Of a stretch of 64,000 bases of DNA, positions 29,649-39,217 are shown piece after piece. The notes under the pieces were generated by a model. It ran no database searches. It saw only the letters and a list, made by a program, of their open reading frames with translations, and was not told where the DNA came from. Every line of letters begins with the position of its first letter. Position 1 is the first letter of the stretch. The DNA is from Clostridia bacterium (GTDB lineage: Bacteria > Bacillota > Clostridia > RGIG6154). Location: the NCBI GenBank assembly GCA_045589295.1, contig JAZNOU010000002.1, positions 32,001-96,000 of the forward strand, given 5' to 3'. The position numbers were made by a program, and so were the translations under genes.

Positions 29649-32267
29649 ATGAGTAAGCTTTGGCATATTGCCACAAAAGAAGAGATAGAAGATACCCTTA
29701 ACACTGATTTTGAGCGTGGTATGACAAATGAGTTTGCACAGAGCAGGTTAAAGAAAAGACAAAAGACAGTATTTGACGACAATAAAAAATTTGTTGCTAA
29801 AAATACTTTGTCATACTTTAACTCTGCTATGGCTATTTTGCTTGTAATCCTTTCGGTTGTTTTTATGTTCAAAGGAAAAGCGGTGGAGGCAACAACAGTT
29901 GTAATTTTAGTGCTTATTTCAGAACTTTTAAGCTTTTTAAAAGATGTATTGGCATTTAATTCGGCAAGAAGGTTAAGAAACTTATTAAAGCCTAAGGTTA
30001 CTGTGATCAGAGATGCCTCAAAAAAAGTTATTTTTAAAGACGAAATTGCACAAGGCGACATTATTGTGCTTAAAAAAGGCGACGTTGTTCCATGTGACGG
30101 AAGAATTACATATTGTGAAGACCTTACAGTTGATCAAAAGTGCATTACTGGAAATGAAGAGGCAATCCAAAAAAGTTGCGAGGCTGACCTGATTGCAGAA
30201 ACCGAGCCGAAAGACTGCACAAATATGCTTTACGAGTCAAGTGTTATAATCTCGGGAAGTTGCAGAATGGTTGCGTGTGAGACAGGTGAAAATACTGTTT
30301 TGGCACAAACAGGAACTTTGGAAGAATCTAAAAAGTCGTATATGCAAGGGAAAATATCTGAAGTAAGCATAGTTTTAACCTTATTTTCAGGTATACTGCT
30401 TTTAGGGCTTTTGGCAATAAGTGCTTTTTCAGGAATAGATATTATGCAAGCGGTTTTAGTTTGTTTAGCGCTTGGCACAGTTTTAATTCCGTCAAAATTA
30501 CCTGCAGTAATTTCATATATTACAAATAAAGGCATACTTAAAATGGCGCAAAATGGTAATGTTGTCAGAAATAAAAGCATAGCAGAACAGCTTGCAGTAT
30601 GCGATACTGTTGTTTTTGGGAAAACAGGAGTTTTGACACAAGATGAAGCAGAGGTAACAGAAATTATTTCAAGCGAAGGCTGTGTGGAGCTTGGAAATGC
30701 TGATTTGAGTGTACCCCAAAAAAGCATTTCTAAGATTATTTTAGAATTTGCATCTCTTTGTACAAAAGAAAACGATAGTGCTTGTGAAGAACAAACTATT
30801 GACAGTGCAGTTTTAAAGGCGGCACAAAAAGTAGAAGCTTTGCCTAAAGGTGTTGAAATTGCAAAAGTATATCCTTTTGATATGGATAAAAAAACCATGA
30901 CAGTTTGTGCATCCTTTGAAGAAGGATATAGAATTATCACTAAAGGTGATGTGAAAAAAATTCTTGATATATGTTCTCACGCGGTATCTACAACTAAGCT
31001 TGAAGAACTTACTGATGAACTCAAACAGTCTTTGACAGAACAATATGAGGAAAAACTAAAAAATGGTTATAAAGTAATTGCACTTGCCTACAAAGACAGC
31101 GGAAATCTGCCTGAAGAAGATTTGGCGGGCGACTTTACGTTACTTGGCATTTTAGTGATTGAAAATAAAATAAACAAACAGACAACGGAGTCAATATCAC
31201 AGCTTTTAAGTGCAGGTATAAGACCTGTTATGGTTTCATATGATGATGAAATTCTTTGTAAAGCAGTGGCTCTAAAATGCGGAATTATCCAAGAAGATGA
31301 GCAGGTAGTTACAGGAAAAATGACAGAGGAAATGTCGGATGAGTTGCTTGACGAAACTACAAAAACTGTTTTTGTTTATGCAGAGCTATCACCAAACCAA
31401 AAGGAAAGAATAGTTAAAAGCTTAAAGAGAAACGGTAAAACAGTTTGTATGATTTCTTTAAGTTCAAGCGATAAAAAAGCTATGGAGTGTGCAGATATAT
31501 CTGTTTCAAAAAAAGACGGAGCACAGGTTAACGAGTTTAATGCAGGGCTTGTTACAGACGGCACTCTTTTTGGTCTTGCAAATGCAATGAAATATGCACA
31601 AAAACTTTACCTAGATGTAAGAAAATCAATAAGATTTGCAGTTTCTGGGGCAATCTCTATTATGTTCTTTATGATTTTTGCTGTGCTTCTAACAAACTCG
31701 TTGCCACTTTCTTATATCCATACTTTATTAATTGGAATTATAACAACAGGTATTTTACCTTTCATTATGCCTTCGGGTTTTTGTGCGGACAAGCATCAGA
31801 TAAAAAATGTAAAGGAAAACAAAACTATTTTCTTAAAAATGTGGCCAAGAATTATTGGCTCAGGCGTATTTGCGGCAGTGCTGGCACTTGCTTTATTTGT
31901 TAAAATCAAATACTTTGCGCCGTCTGCAACTGATGCAGAAAGCATTTTAAAAGCAAGCACAACAGTGTTTTTGTTTTTTGTGTTCTATCAACTTTTGTCG
32001 TGCCTTGATTTAAGAAGAACTGCATTTTTATTAAAAGAAGGAAAAAGCGAACTTTTGCTTGTTGTAGGAATAGCTGTGTTGGTTGTGGCTTTCACAACTT
32101 GTGTAATTTGTATCCCTGCATTTAAAAACCTTTTTGGATTTGCAAATAGCAGTGTTTTAAGTGCAGTATTGTTTGGCGCAATTTATGTTGTTTTTAAAAT
32201 AGTACAAGAAGTTTTCATAACTTTTAAAAAGAGAAAAACGGAGGCTTTAGATGGAGCAGACATTTAA
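29649..32267 (+). CDS. P2-type cation ATPase homolog with degenerate catalytic motifs
   Basis: Full domain order retained (GD.VP.DGR, TM4 IP..LP, .KTG.LT, PFD..KK.M, KG, LAYK, SP.QK), but DKTGT is GKTGV. Confidence 0.8.
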   Translation: MSKLWHIATKEEIEDTLNTDFERGMTNEFAQSRLKKRQKTVFDDNKKFVAKNTLSYFNSAMAILLVILSVVFMFKGKAVEATTVVILVLISELLSFLKDVLAFNSARRLRNLLKPKVTVIRDASKKVIFKDEIAQGDIIVLKKGDVVPCDGRITYCEDLTVDQKCITGNEEAIQKSCEADLIAETEPKDCTNMLYESSVIISGSCRMVACETGENTVLAQTGTLEESKKSYMQGKISEVSIVLTLFSGILLLGLLAISAFSGIDIMQAVLVCLALGTVLIPSKLPAVISYITNKGILKMAQNGNVVRNKSIAEQLAVCDTVVFGKTGVLTQDEAEVTEIISSEGCVELGNADLSVPQKSISKIILEFASLCTKENDSACEEQTIDSAVLKAAQKVEALPKGVEIAKVYPFDMDKKTMTVCASFEEGYRIITKGDVKKILDICSHAVSTTKLEELTDELKQSLTEQYEEKLKNGYKVIALAYKDSGNLPEEDLAGDFTLLGILVIENKINKQTTESISQLLSAGIRPVMVSYDDEILCKAVALKCGIIQEDEQVVTGKMTEEMSDELLDETTKTVFVYAELSPNQKERIVKSLKRNGKTVCMISLSSSDKKAMECADISVSKKDGAQVNEFNAGLVTDGTLFGLANAMKYAQKLYLDVRKSIRFAVSGAISIMFFMIFAVLLTNSLPLSYIHTLLIGIITTGILPFIMPSGFCADKHQIKNVKENKTIFLKMWPRIIGSGVFAAVLALALFVKIKYFAPSATDAESILKASTTVFLFFVFYQLLSCLDLRRTAFLLKEGKSELLLVVGIAVLVVAFTTCVICIPAFKNLFGFANSSVLSAVLFGAIYVVFKIVQEVFITFKKRKTEALDGADI

Positions 32268-32988
32268 AATCGAGGGTAGAAATCCTGTTTTAGAGGCAAT
32301 AAAATCAGGCAGAAGCATTGATAAGATTTATGTCTTAAAGGGTGAACTTAACGGCTCGGTTATAAAAATAAAAGCAATGGCAAGGGATAATAAAATTCCT
32401 GTTGTTGAAGTTGACAGAAAGAAATTTTCACAGATGTCAGACATTTCTTCAAGTCAGGGTGTTATAGCAAATGTTTCTCCTGTTGACTACGTAGATGTTG
32501 ATGATATTATAAAAAGGGCAGAAAGCAAAAACGAACCGCTATTTGTGGTTTTGCTTGACGAAATAGAAGATCCGCACAATTTGGGAGCTATAATCAGAAC
32601 GGCAAATGCGGCAGGTGCCCATGGGGTTATTATTCCTAAGCATAGAAGTGCATATATTACTGCAACCGTTGCAAAAACAGCGGCGGGTGCGTGCTTTTAT
32701 ACCCCTGTAGCAAAAGTAACAAACCTTGTTAATACTATGAAAAAGCTTAAAGAGTACGGGGTTTGGTTTTATGGTGCTGATATGAATGGCGAAAAAGATA
32801 TTTATGAAACATCTTTTTCAGGGAAAATAGGAATTGTAATTGGAAACGAAGGCAAGGGCATAAGCCCCAGCGTGAAAAAAGAGTGTGACTTTATGGTAAA
32901 CATCCCTATGATGGGAGAGGTTGAGTCGCTCAATGCGTCGGTAAGCGCAGGAATATTTATGTACAGCGCATTAAAAGACAGAAAATAA
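32251..32988 (+). CDS. rlmB: 23S rRNA (G2251)-2'-O-methyltransferase
   Basis: EGRNPVLEA, DPHNLGAIIRTA, IGNEGKG, IPM.G.VESLNASV. Confidence 0.95.
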   Translation: MEQTFKIEGRNPVLEAIKSGRSIDKIYVLKGELNGSVIKIKAMARDNKIPVVEVDRKKFSQMSDISSSQGVIANVSPVDYVDVDDIIKRAESKNEPLFVVLLDEIEDPHNLGAIIRTANAAGAHGVIIPKHRSAYITATVAKTAAGACFYTPVAKVTNLVNTMKKLKEYGVWFYGADMNGEKDIYETSFSGKIGIVIGNEGKGISPSVKKECDFMVNIPMMGEVESLNASVSAGIFMYSALKDRK

Positions 32989-33000
32989 GGAGAAATAAAA

Positions 33001-33270
33001 ATGAAAGCAGTAGTTACAGTAATCGGTGTTGACAAAGAGGGCATTATAGCTAAAATAAGCACAAAGCTTTATGAAAAAAATGTGAATATTTTAGATATTA
33101 CTCAGACAATTATGGGCGATATTTTCACTATGATTATGCTTGTTGATGTCAAATCACAAAGTACAGATTTTGCTCAGCTTGTTACAGAAATGAAAGCGCT
33201 TGGAGAGGAAATCGGCGTGGAAGTTACTGTGACTCGCGAAGAAATTTACAAATCAATGCACAGAATTTAA
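33001..33270 (+). CDS. ACT domain protein (UPF0237)
   Basis: [30 protein letters not shown]. Confidence 0.9.
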   Translation: MKAVVTVIGVDKEGIIAKISTKLYEKNVNILDITQTIMGDIFTMIMLVDVKSQSTDFAQLVTEMKALGEEIGVEVTVTREEIYKSMHRI

Positions 33271-33281
33271 GGGGTGAGGAT

Positions 33282-34640
33282 ATGCTTGACACATACGAAA
33301 TACTTGAAACCATCAAGATGATAAAAAAAGAAAATCTTGATATAAGAACCATTACAATGGGCATATCACTTATAGATTGCAGCAGCGAAAGTGTTGAAAA
33401 AACCTGTGAAAATATTTATAACAAAATAACAAAGTATGCAAAAAATCTTGTAAAAACAGGCGAGGATATTGAAAAAGAATACGGAATACCGATTATTAAC
33501 AAAAGAATTTCGGTAACACCTATATCCCTTCTTACTCCTGCATATAAAAAAGAGGATTATGTAAAGTATGCACTTACCTTAGACAAAGCAGCAAATGAGC
33601 TGGGAGTTAACTTTATCGGGGGATATTCAGCTTTGGTGCAAAAGGGTTACACTGATAAAGAAAAAATGTTTATAGATTCAATCCCTGAGGCACTTTCAAA
33701 AACTACACGTCTTTGTTCGTCTGTTAATATAGGAAGCACAAAGGCGGGCATCAATATGGATGCTGTTTACCATGTGGGCAAGGTGATAAAAGAATGTGCT
33801 GATGTTACAAAAGACAACAATGCAATGGCTTGTGCAAAGTTTGTTGTATTTTGCAATGCAGTTGAAGACAATCCGTTTATGGCGGGCGCTTTTCATGGAG
33901 TATCTGAGGGCGAATGTGTAATAAATGTCGGTGTTAGCGGCCCGGGAGTTGTTAAATGCGAAATTGAAAAATATCCCGATGCAGACTTTTTGATGCTTGC
34001 TGAAATAATTAAAAAGACAGCATTTAAAATTACAAGGGTAGGACAAATGGTTGCTATGGAAGCGGCAAAAAGATTAAACGTTCCGTTTGGAATTGTTGAT
34101 TTGTCACTTGCTCCAACTCCTGCAATTGGTGACAGTGTTGCTCATATTTTAGAAGAAATGGGATTACAAAAGTGTGGCACTCACGGAACAACTGCGGCTT
34201 TGGCTCTTTTAAATGACGCAGTGAAAAAAGGCGGAGTTATGGCATCAAGTTCTGTAGGCGGACTTTCAGGAGCATTTATTCCTGTTAGTGAAGATGCAGG
34301 AATGATTGATGCGGCAAAATGCGGAGCACTTTCTCTTTCAAAGCTTGAAGCTATGACATGTGTATGCTCTGTTGGGCTTGATATGATTGCAGTTCCCGGA
34401 GATACTTCTGCCGAAACAATTTCTGCAATTATTGCAGACGAAGCGGCAATCGGTATGATAAATCAGAAAACTACTGCGGTAAGAATTATTCCCGCACCTG
34501 GAAGCAAAAAAGGTGATATGGTAGAGTTTGGTGGCCTGTTGGGAGAGGCTCCTGTTATGGAGGTTTCTTCATGGGGGGCAGAAAAATTTATTAAGCGCGG
34601 CGGAAGAATTCCTGCGCCTATTCACAGTCTTAAAAATTAA
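33282..34640 (+). CDS. UPF0210/DUF711 (PFL-like fold) protein
   Basis: [47 protein letters not shown]. Confidence 0.92.
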   Translation: MLDTYEILETIKMIKKENLDIRTITMGISLIDCSSESVEKTCENIYNKITKYAKNLVKTGEDIEKEYGIPIINKRISVTPISLLTPAYKKEDYVKYALTLDKAANELGVNFIGGYSALVQKGYTDKEKMFIDSIPEALSKTTRLCSSVNIGSTKAGINMDAVYHVGKVIKECADVTKDNNAMACAKFVVFCNAVEDNPFMAGAFHGVSEGECVINVGVSGPGVVKCEIEKYPDADFLMLAEIIKKTAFKITRVGQMVAMEAAKRLNVPFGIVDLSLAPTPAIGDSVAHILEEMGLQKCGTHGTTAALALLNDAVKKGGVMASSSVGGLSGAFIPVSEDAGMIDAAKCGALSLSKLEAMTCVCSVGLDMIAVPGDTSAETISAIIADEAAIGMINQKTTAVRIIPAPGSKKGDMVEFGGLLGEAPVMEVSSWGAEKFIKRGGRIPAPIHSLKN

Positions 34641-34654
34641 CGGAGGGACTAAAT

Positions 34655-35068
34655 ATGAAGAAAATATTAGCATTGCTTATGTGCTTTTGCCTTTTAATTT
34701 GTGCATCTTGTGGCAAAAAAGGAGAAGAGAAACAAATAGAAACTGACGTTAACAAAGTAGAGCAGACAGTTGAAAATATTGACAAAAAAATCGCTCAGGA
34801 CCCTATGAGTATTGATGAAGAAGATATTTCTGCAGCAAAAGAAACTGCTCTTGAAATGGAAAAAGAATTAAAAGATAAGATTGGAAAAGTAAAAGAAGAA
34901 GATGTTGAACAGTTTCAGAACAGACAGGTTTCTGTTGAGCTATTGAAACAAGGCTTGGATGCTTTGGAACAAGCTAAAAAATCAGGTGACGAGCAGGCGG
35001 TTATAGCAGCCCAGCAACAAATTGAAATGGCAAAATCTTTATGGGATTTTGTACAGGAACAAGAGTAA
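34655..35068 (+). CDS. hypothetical helical lipoprotein
   Basis: Signal with CASC lipobox; charged coiled-coil body. Confidence 0.7.
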   Translation: MKKILALLMCFCLLICASCGKKGEEKQIETDVNKVEQTVENIDKKIAQDPMSIDEEDISAAKETALEMEKELKDKIGKVKEEDVEQFQNRQVSVELLKQGLDALEQAKKSGDEQAVIAAQQQIEMAKSLWDFVQEQE

Positions 35069-35087
35069 TTTCAGAAGGTGTTTTTAG

Positions 35088-35948
35088 TTGAATATTAAAA
35101 AATTTTTCAAAACTTTTATAACATTTACACTTGCTTTGAGTGCTATTTTAGCGTTGATTTTGTTTGGTAAGTTTTTTTATCAGGACATTGGCTCAGGCGA
35201 AAAAATAGATTCTCTTGATGAATATGAACGTGGAGCAAGAAGAAATATTTTAGTTATGGGAACCGACAAAAGCGGCTTAAGGTCAGATGTTATAATGATT
35301 TTTTCTTTTTCGGAAAAAGAAAAAGATATCAATTCTGTTTCAGTACCCAGAGACACAAGAATGAACTACGGGAACGGCTATCAGAAAATAAATGTGGCAC
35401 TTGCTTTAGGTGGTGATGAACTTGCTGTCGAAAAGATTAAGGAAGTTACAAAAATTCCTATACACGAATATGTAAAGGTTAATTTTCAGGCAGTAAGTGA
35501 TCTTGTGGATGCAGTTGGTGGAGTTGAGTATGAAGTTCCGCAGAACATGAGATATAATGACCCCTATCAGGACCTTGTAATCAATCTTGACAAGGGAATG
35601 CAGACGTTAGATGGTGATAAGGCACTTCAGCTCTTAAGATTCAGAAAGTATCCTATGGGTGACCTTCAAAGGATTGAAGTACAGCAAGATTTCATAAAAG
35701 AGGCGTTCAAACAGAAAATGAAGGTTAAATATATTACAAAGATTGGAAAAATTTATTCTGCAGTTGAAGATAATATTTCAACAAGCTTGTCACTTTCTGA
35801 TGTTACAAAGCTTGCAAAAACTGTAAAGGCAAAGGGAGTAGATGCAATTAATTCGCACGAGCTTCCAACATATTTGTCACCAAGCGGAACTTATGTAAGA
35901 ATAGATGAAAGTAAAATTGATAATTTTGTAGAAGAATATTTTAAATAA
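35088..35948 (+). CDS. LytR-CpsA-Psr (LCP) family protein
   Basis: MGTD..GLRSD, SVPRDT, LVDAVGGV, LRFR, GDLQR. Confidence 0.9.
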   Translation: MNIKKFFKTFITFTLALSAILALILFGKFFYQDIGSGEKIDSLDEYERGARRNILVMGTDKSGLRSDVIMIFSFSEKEKDINSVSVPRDTRMNYGNGYQKINVALALGGDELAVEKIKEVTKIPIHEYVKVNFQAVSDLVDAVGGVEYEVPQNMRYNDPYQDLVINLDKGMQTLDGDKALQLLRFRKYPMGDLQRIEVQQDFIKEAFKQKMKVKYITKIGKIYSAVEDNISTSLSLSDVTKLAKTVKAKGVDAINSHELPTYLSPSGTYVRIDESKIDNFVEEYFK

Positions 35949-35973
35949 AAAAGAGGCTTTTTAAGCCTCTTTT
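35949..35973. terminator. bidirectional terminator
   Basis: AAAAGAGGCTT-TTT-AAGCCTCTTTT. Confidence 0.75.
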
Positions 35974-35998
35974 TACGTTTTAAATTTGTTTTTGGACG

Positions 35999-36544
35999 TT
36001 ATTCTTCCATTTGCTTGCCCAAGAACGATGCCGCAGACTGAGAAAGCTTAAGCTCAATATCGCTCATAACCTGTGCTTGCTCGGGTGAGAAAAATATGAC
36101 ACTTCCAATAACATCGCCATCTGAAATTATAGGAGTTAAAATACTGATGGCATATTTATCGCTATTTTCTGCAAAAGGATATTTTCTGTCTTCGGGATGC
36201 TTTAATTCGTAAGATGTTCTGTCTCTCAAAAAGTTTTCAACTTCTGAAGATACCTTTCTTTCCAAAAGTTCTTTTTTAGGTGCACCTGATACTGCAATCA
36301 CAACATCCCTGTCTGTAATACAAACACCATAACCGCTTATTTTTGCTAAAATTTCGGCATATTGAACGGCGAAGTTCCCAAGCTCGCCGATAGGTGAGTA
36401 TTTTTTAAATATAACTTCGCCGTCTTTATCTGTAAATATTTCTAAGGGGTCGCCCTCTCTTATCCTCATAGTTCTTCTTATTTCTTTGGGTATAACCACC
36501 CTTCCCAAATCGTCAATTCTTCTAACTATTCCTGTTGCTTTCAT
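35999..36544 (-). CDS. spoVT: stage V sporulation protein T
   Basis: MKATGIVRRIDDLGRVVIPKEIRRTMRIREGDPLEIF plus GAF domain ending FLGKQME. Confidence 0.97.
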   Translation of the reverse strand: MKATGIVRRIDDLGRVVIPKEIRRTMRIREGDPLEIFTDKDGEVIFKKYSPIGELGNFAVQYAEILAKISGYGVCITDRDVVIAVSGAPKKELLERKVSSEVENFLRDRTSYELKHPEDRKYPFAENSDKYAISILTPIISDGDVIGSVIFFSPEQAQVMSDIELKLSQSAASFLGKQMEE

Positions 36545-36655
36545 ATAATAAATGCTCCTTTTGGGTTTGATTTACAATTATATTGTGTGCAACCAAGGAA
36601 TTTTTATGTAAGGAAAATGGTGGGAAAAGAACAAGCGATGTTGGTGTATCAACTA

Positions 36656-36712
36656 TTGACTTTTTAATGCTTTGTGATAAAATATATCTGTCGAATTATT
36701 GATGGTTCGACA
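36656..36712 (+). promoter_or_regulatory. sigma-A promoter with two inverted Spo0A-like boxes
   Basis: TTGACT..TGnTAAAAT, then TGTCGAA(36689-36695) and TTCGACA(36706-36712). Confidence 0.55.
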
Positions 36713-36740
36713 CAAAATTTTTTCTTGCGAGGTGAAAAAT

Positions 36741-37778
36741 ATGCATTTGAAAAGTGATAAGCTTTTTTGGAAAAAAAAGGAGTTTATTTCTTTTTTGCTG
36801 AGCATTCTTGTTTTTTTTATTCATTCGTATTTTGCTCAGGAGATTGTCAGCAACAGTTTTATTTCTGTTGTTAATCACAAAGCGTCTTACTTTTTCTCCC
36901 GTTCTATCACACAGTTTGCTGTCCCAATGTTTTTTATGTTGTCGGGGGCATCTTTTTTCAAGGATTATGACAACAAAAAATATTTAACAAAAATAAAGGC
37001 ACGCATATTCACACTTATTATACCATATTTGCTTTGGAATACGATTTGGATGGTCTGGAAACTTTTCACAGACAGTGCGGCAAATTCTTTAAGTTTAATA
37101 AGCATACTAAAAGGCATTTTTTTCTACGGATGCAACAGCCCGTTTTGGTTTGTATTTGATTTGATTATATTTTCATTTGCGGCACCGATTGTGTTTTTAA
37201 TTATTAAGAACAAATACTTCGGCATAATTTCCGTAATGTTTTTATCTATAGCATCGTTGTTTGGAATATACTTGCCAATGGATGTGTTCTATTACCCTAT
37301 GGCAATTGTTTTCTATTTGATGGGTGCTATTATAGGCTATCATTTTTTCGATTTTGCTTCCGGAAAATCATCAAAAACGACACAAGTTGCTTCTGTTATT
37401 TTCCTTGCGGCATATATTCTTTCTAAAAATATTGTCCCACAGGAAATGCATGTTAACAACTATTTAACACAAGTTATCGTATATACCCTTGCAGCATTTT
37501 CTTTGTGGAATGTCGTGGATATTTTTATTGAACGAATTAAGCCCAGAGCAATCTATCGTCGTTCCTTTGCCGTTTATGCAATGCATCTCAATGTTGCAAT
37601 CATTATACTTAAAATACTTTCTTTTTGTACTCCGCAAAATGAATGGTTTGAAATTCCAAAATTCATTATTATGGTTGTTTTAACACTTGTAATAATTAAT
37701 TTTGTGTGTGCTTTTCTCGAAAAGTTTTTCCCGAAAATTTATGCAATACTTATGGGAAACCGAATGAATAAAAAATAA
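36741..37778 (+). CDS. acyltransferase-3 (OafA-like) membrane O-acyltransferase
   Basis: VFFIHS, AVPMFFMLSG, K.RI.TL.IPYLLW, WFV..L, SFAVYAMH; ATG 36741 after GAGGTG. Confidence 0.85.
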   Translation: MHLKSDKLFWKKKEFISFLLSILVFFIHSYFAQEIVSNSFISVVNHKASYFFSRSITQFAVPMFFMLSGASFFKDYDNKKYLTKIKARIFTLIIPYLLWNTIWMVWKLFTDSAANSLSLISILKGIFFYGCNSPFWFVFDLIIFSFAAPIVFLIIKNKYFGIISVMFLSIASLFGIYLPMDVFYYPMAIVFYLMGAIIGYHFFDFASGKSSKTTQVASVIFLAAYILSKNIVPQEMHVNNYLTQVIVYTLAAFSLWNVVDIFIERIKPRAIYRRSFAVYAMHLNVAIIILKILSFCTPQNEWFEIPKFIIMVVLTLVIINFVCAFLEKFFPKIYAILMGNRMNKK

Positions 37779-37787
37779 TAAAACAAT

Positions 37788-37810
37788 AAGCGAGGCAGTT
37801 GCCTCGCTTT
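37788..37810. terminator. terminator between the acyltransferase and sigG
   Basis: AAGCGAGGCA-GT-TGCCTCGCTT. Confidence 0.7.
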
Positions 37811-38585
37811 AATCAAAACTTTTTTTAATTCTCTCTATTGCATTTTTTTCAAGGCGTGACACCTGTGCTTGTGAAATGCCGATTTCTGATGCAACTTCCA
37901 TTTGTGTTCTGCCTTGAAAAAATCTAAGATTAATTATATTTTTTTCGCGTCCTGAAAGCTTTGAAATCGCTTCTTTCAAAGAAATTTCTTCTATCCAGTT
38001 TTCGTCTAAATTTTTTTTATCACTTACCTGGTCCATTACAAAAAGTGTGTCCGTTCCGTCTGAAAAGACAGGTTCGTATAATGAAATAGGGTCTTGAATT
38101 GCCTCTAAAGCATTTGAAATTTGCTTTGGGTCAAGCTCCATTTTTTGAGCTATCTGCTCAATTGTAGGTTCTAATCCGTTTTCGCGGATAATTGTTTCTT
38201 TTGTCTGTAATGCTTTGTAAGCGATGTCTTTCAAAGAACGCGAAACCCTTATGGAATTGTAATCTCTTAAATATCTTCTTATTTCACCTATAATCATAGG
38301 AACTGCATAGGTTGAAAATTTAACGCCTACCGAAAGGTCAAAATTTTTGATTGCTTTTATAAGCCCCACACAGCCTACCTGAAATAAGTCGTCAGCATTT
38401 TCACCTCTTGAATTGAATTTTTGTATCACACTCAAAACAAGACGAAGATTGCCCACAATAAATTTGTTGCGGGCATCTTCATCGCCTTGTTTTATTTTAA
38501 TTAAAAGTTCTTCTTTTTCTTTTCCTGATAAAACGGGAAGCTTAGCGGTATTAACTCCGCATATCTCAACCTTGTTGGTAATCAT
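37809..38585 (-). CDS. sigG: sporulation sigma factor G
   Basis: NKVEICGVNTAKLP (SigG signature), DLFQVGCVGLIK, YAVPMIIGEIRRYLRD; ATG 38585 after GGAGG. Confidence 0.96.
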   Translation of the reverse strand: MITNKVEICGVNTAKLPVLSGKEKEELLIKIKQGDEDARNKFIVGNLRLVLSVIQKFNSRGENADDLFQVGCVGLIKAIKNFDLSVGVKFSTYAVPMIIGEIRRYLRDYNSIRVSRSLKDIAYKALQTKETIIRENGLEPTIEQIAQKMELDPKQISNALEAIQDPISLYEPVFSDGTDTLFVMDQVSDKKNLDENWIEEISLKEAISKLSGREKNIINLRFFQGRTQMEVASEIGISQAQVSRLEKNAIERIKKSFD

Positions 38586-38613
38586 AGTATGCCTCCTTTG
38601 GGTATTTACAAAT

Positions 38614-38644
38614 AAATTGTTCCCAAAGTAAAGGCTTATTATAC
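38614..38644 (-). promoter_or_regulatory. sigma-F/G type promoter of sigG
   Basis: Minus strand GTATA-15 bp-GGGAACAATTT. Confidence 0.65.
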
Positions 38645-39217
38645 CAAAATTGGTTGCAGTTGTTTGCCTTCTGATGCAAGGCAAAGTGTGTCATAAATTA
38701 AACTCATATCAGAAACCAATGATGTTTCTTTTTTCAAAAAATCATCTTGACCGAACGGCACAAAGTATATCCCCTTTGTGTTTAAAAGTGCCGCAATGTT
38801 TTTTGCAGAGCCTGAAAGACCATCGTTGGTTGAAATTGCAAGGACAACAGGAGCCTTGTTACGAAGCGACGCCTTTGCAGCCATAGTAACCGATGTATCA
38901 GTAATTCCGTTTGCGATTTTTGAGGCAGTGTTGCCCGTGCATGGAGCGATAACCAAAGCGTCAATTATTTTTTTTGGACCAATTGGCTCAGCTGCTTCAA
39001 TTGTGTGTATTATATTATTCCCTGTAATTTCATAAACCTTATTTATAAGTTCATCTTTTTTTGTAAAACGAGTATCTGTGCCGTAAACAATTGGTGAAAA
39101 AATAGGGATAACGCTTTTGGCTTTTTTTGTTAAAAATTCAAGTTCGGGTAATACTTTTGCGATTGTGCAGAAAGAACCCGTTAGCGCAAAGCCTACATTT
39201 AAGTTTTTAAGTTCCAT
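38639..39217 (-). CDS. dpaB: dipicolinate synthase subunit B
   Basis: GFALTGSFCT, DTRF, AEPIGPK, APCTGNT, VPFGQDD..KK.TSL. Confidence 0.95.
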   Translation of the reverse strand: MELKNLNVGFALTGSFCTIAKVLPELEFLTKKAKSVIPIFSPIVYGTDTRFTKKDELINKVYEITGNNIIHTIEAAEPIGPKKIIDALVIAPCTGNTASKIANGITDTSVTMAAKASLRNKAPVVLAISTNDGLSGSAKNIAALLNTKGIYFVPFGQDDFLKKETSLVSDMSLIYDTLCLASEGKQLQPILV

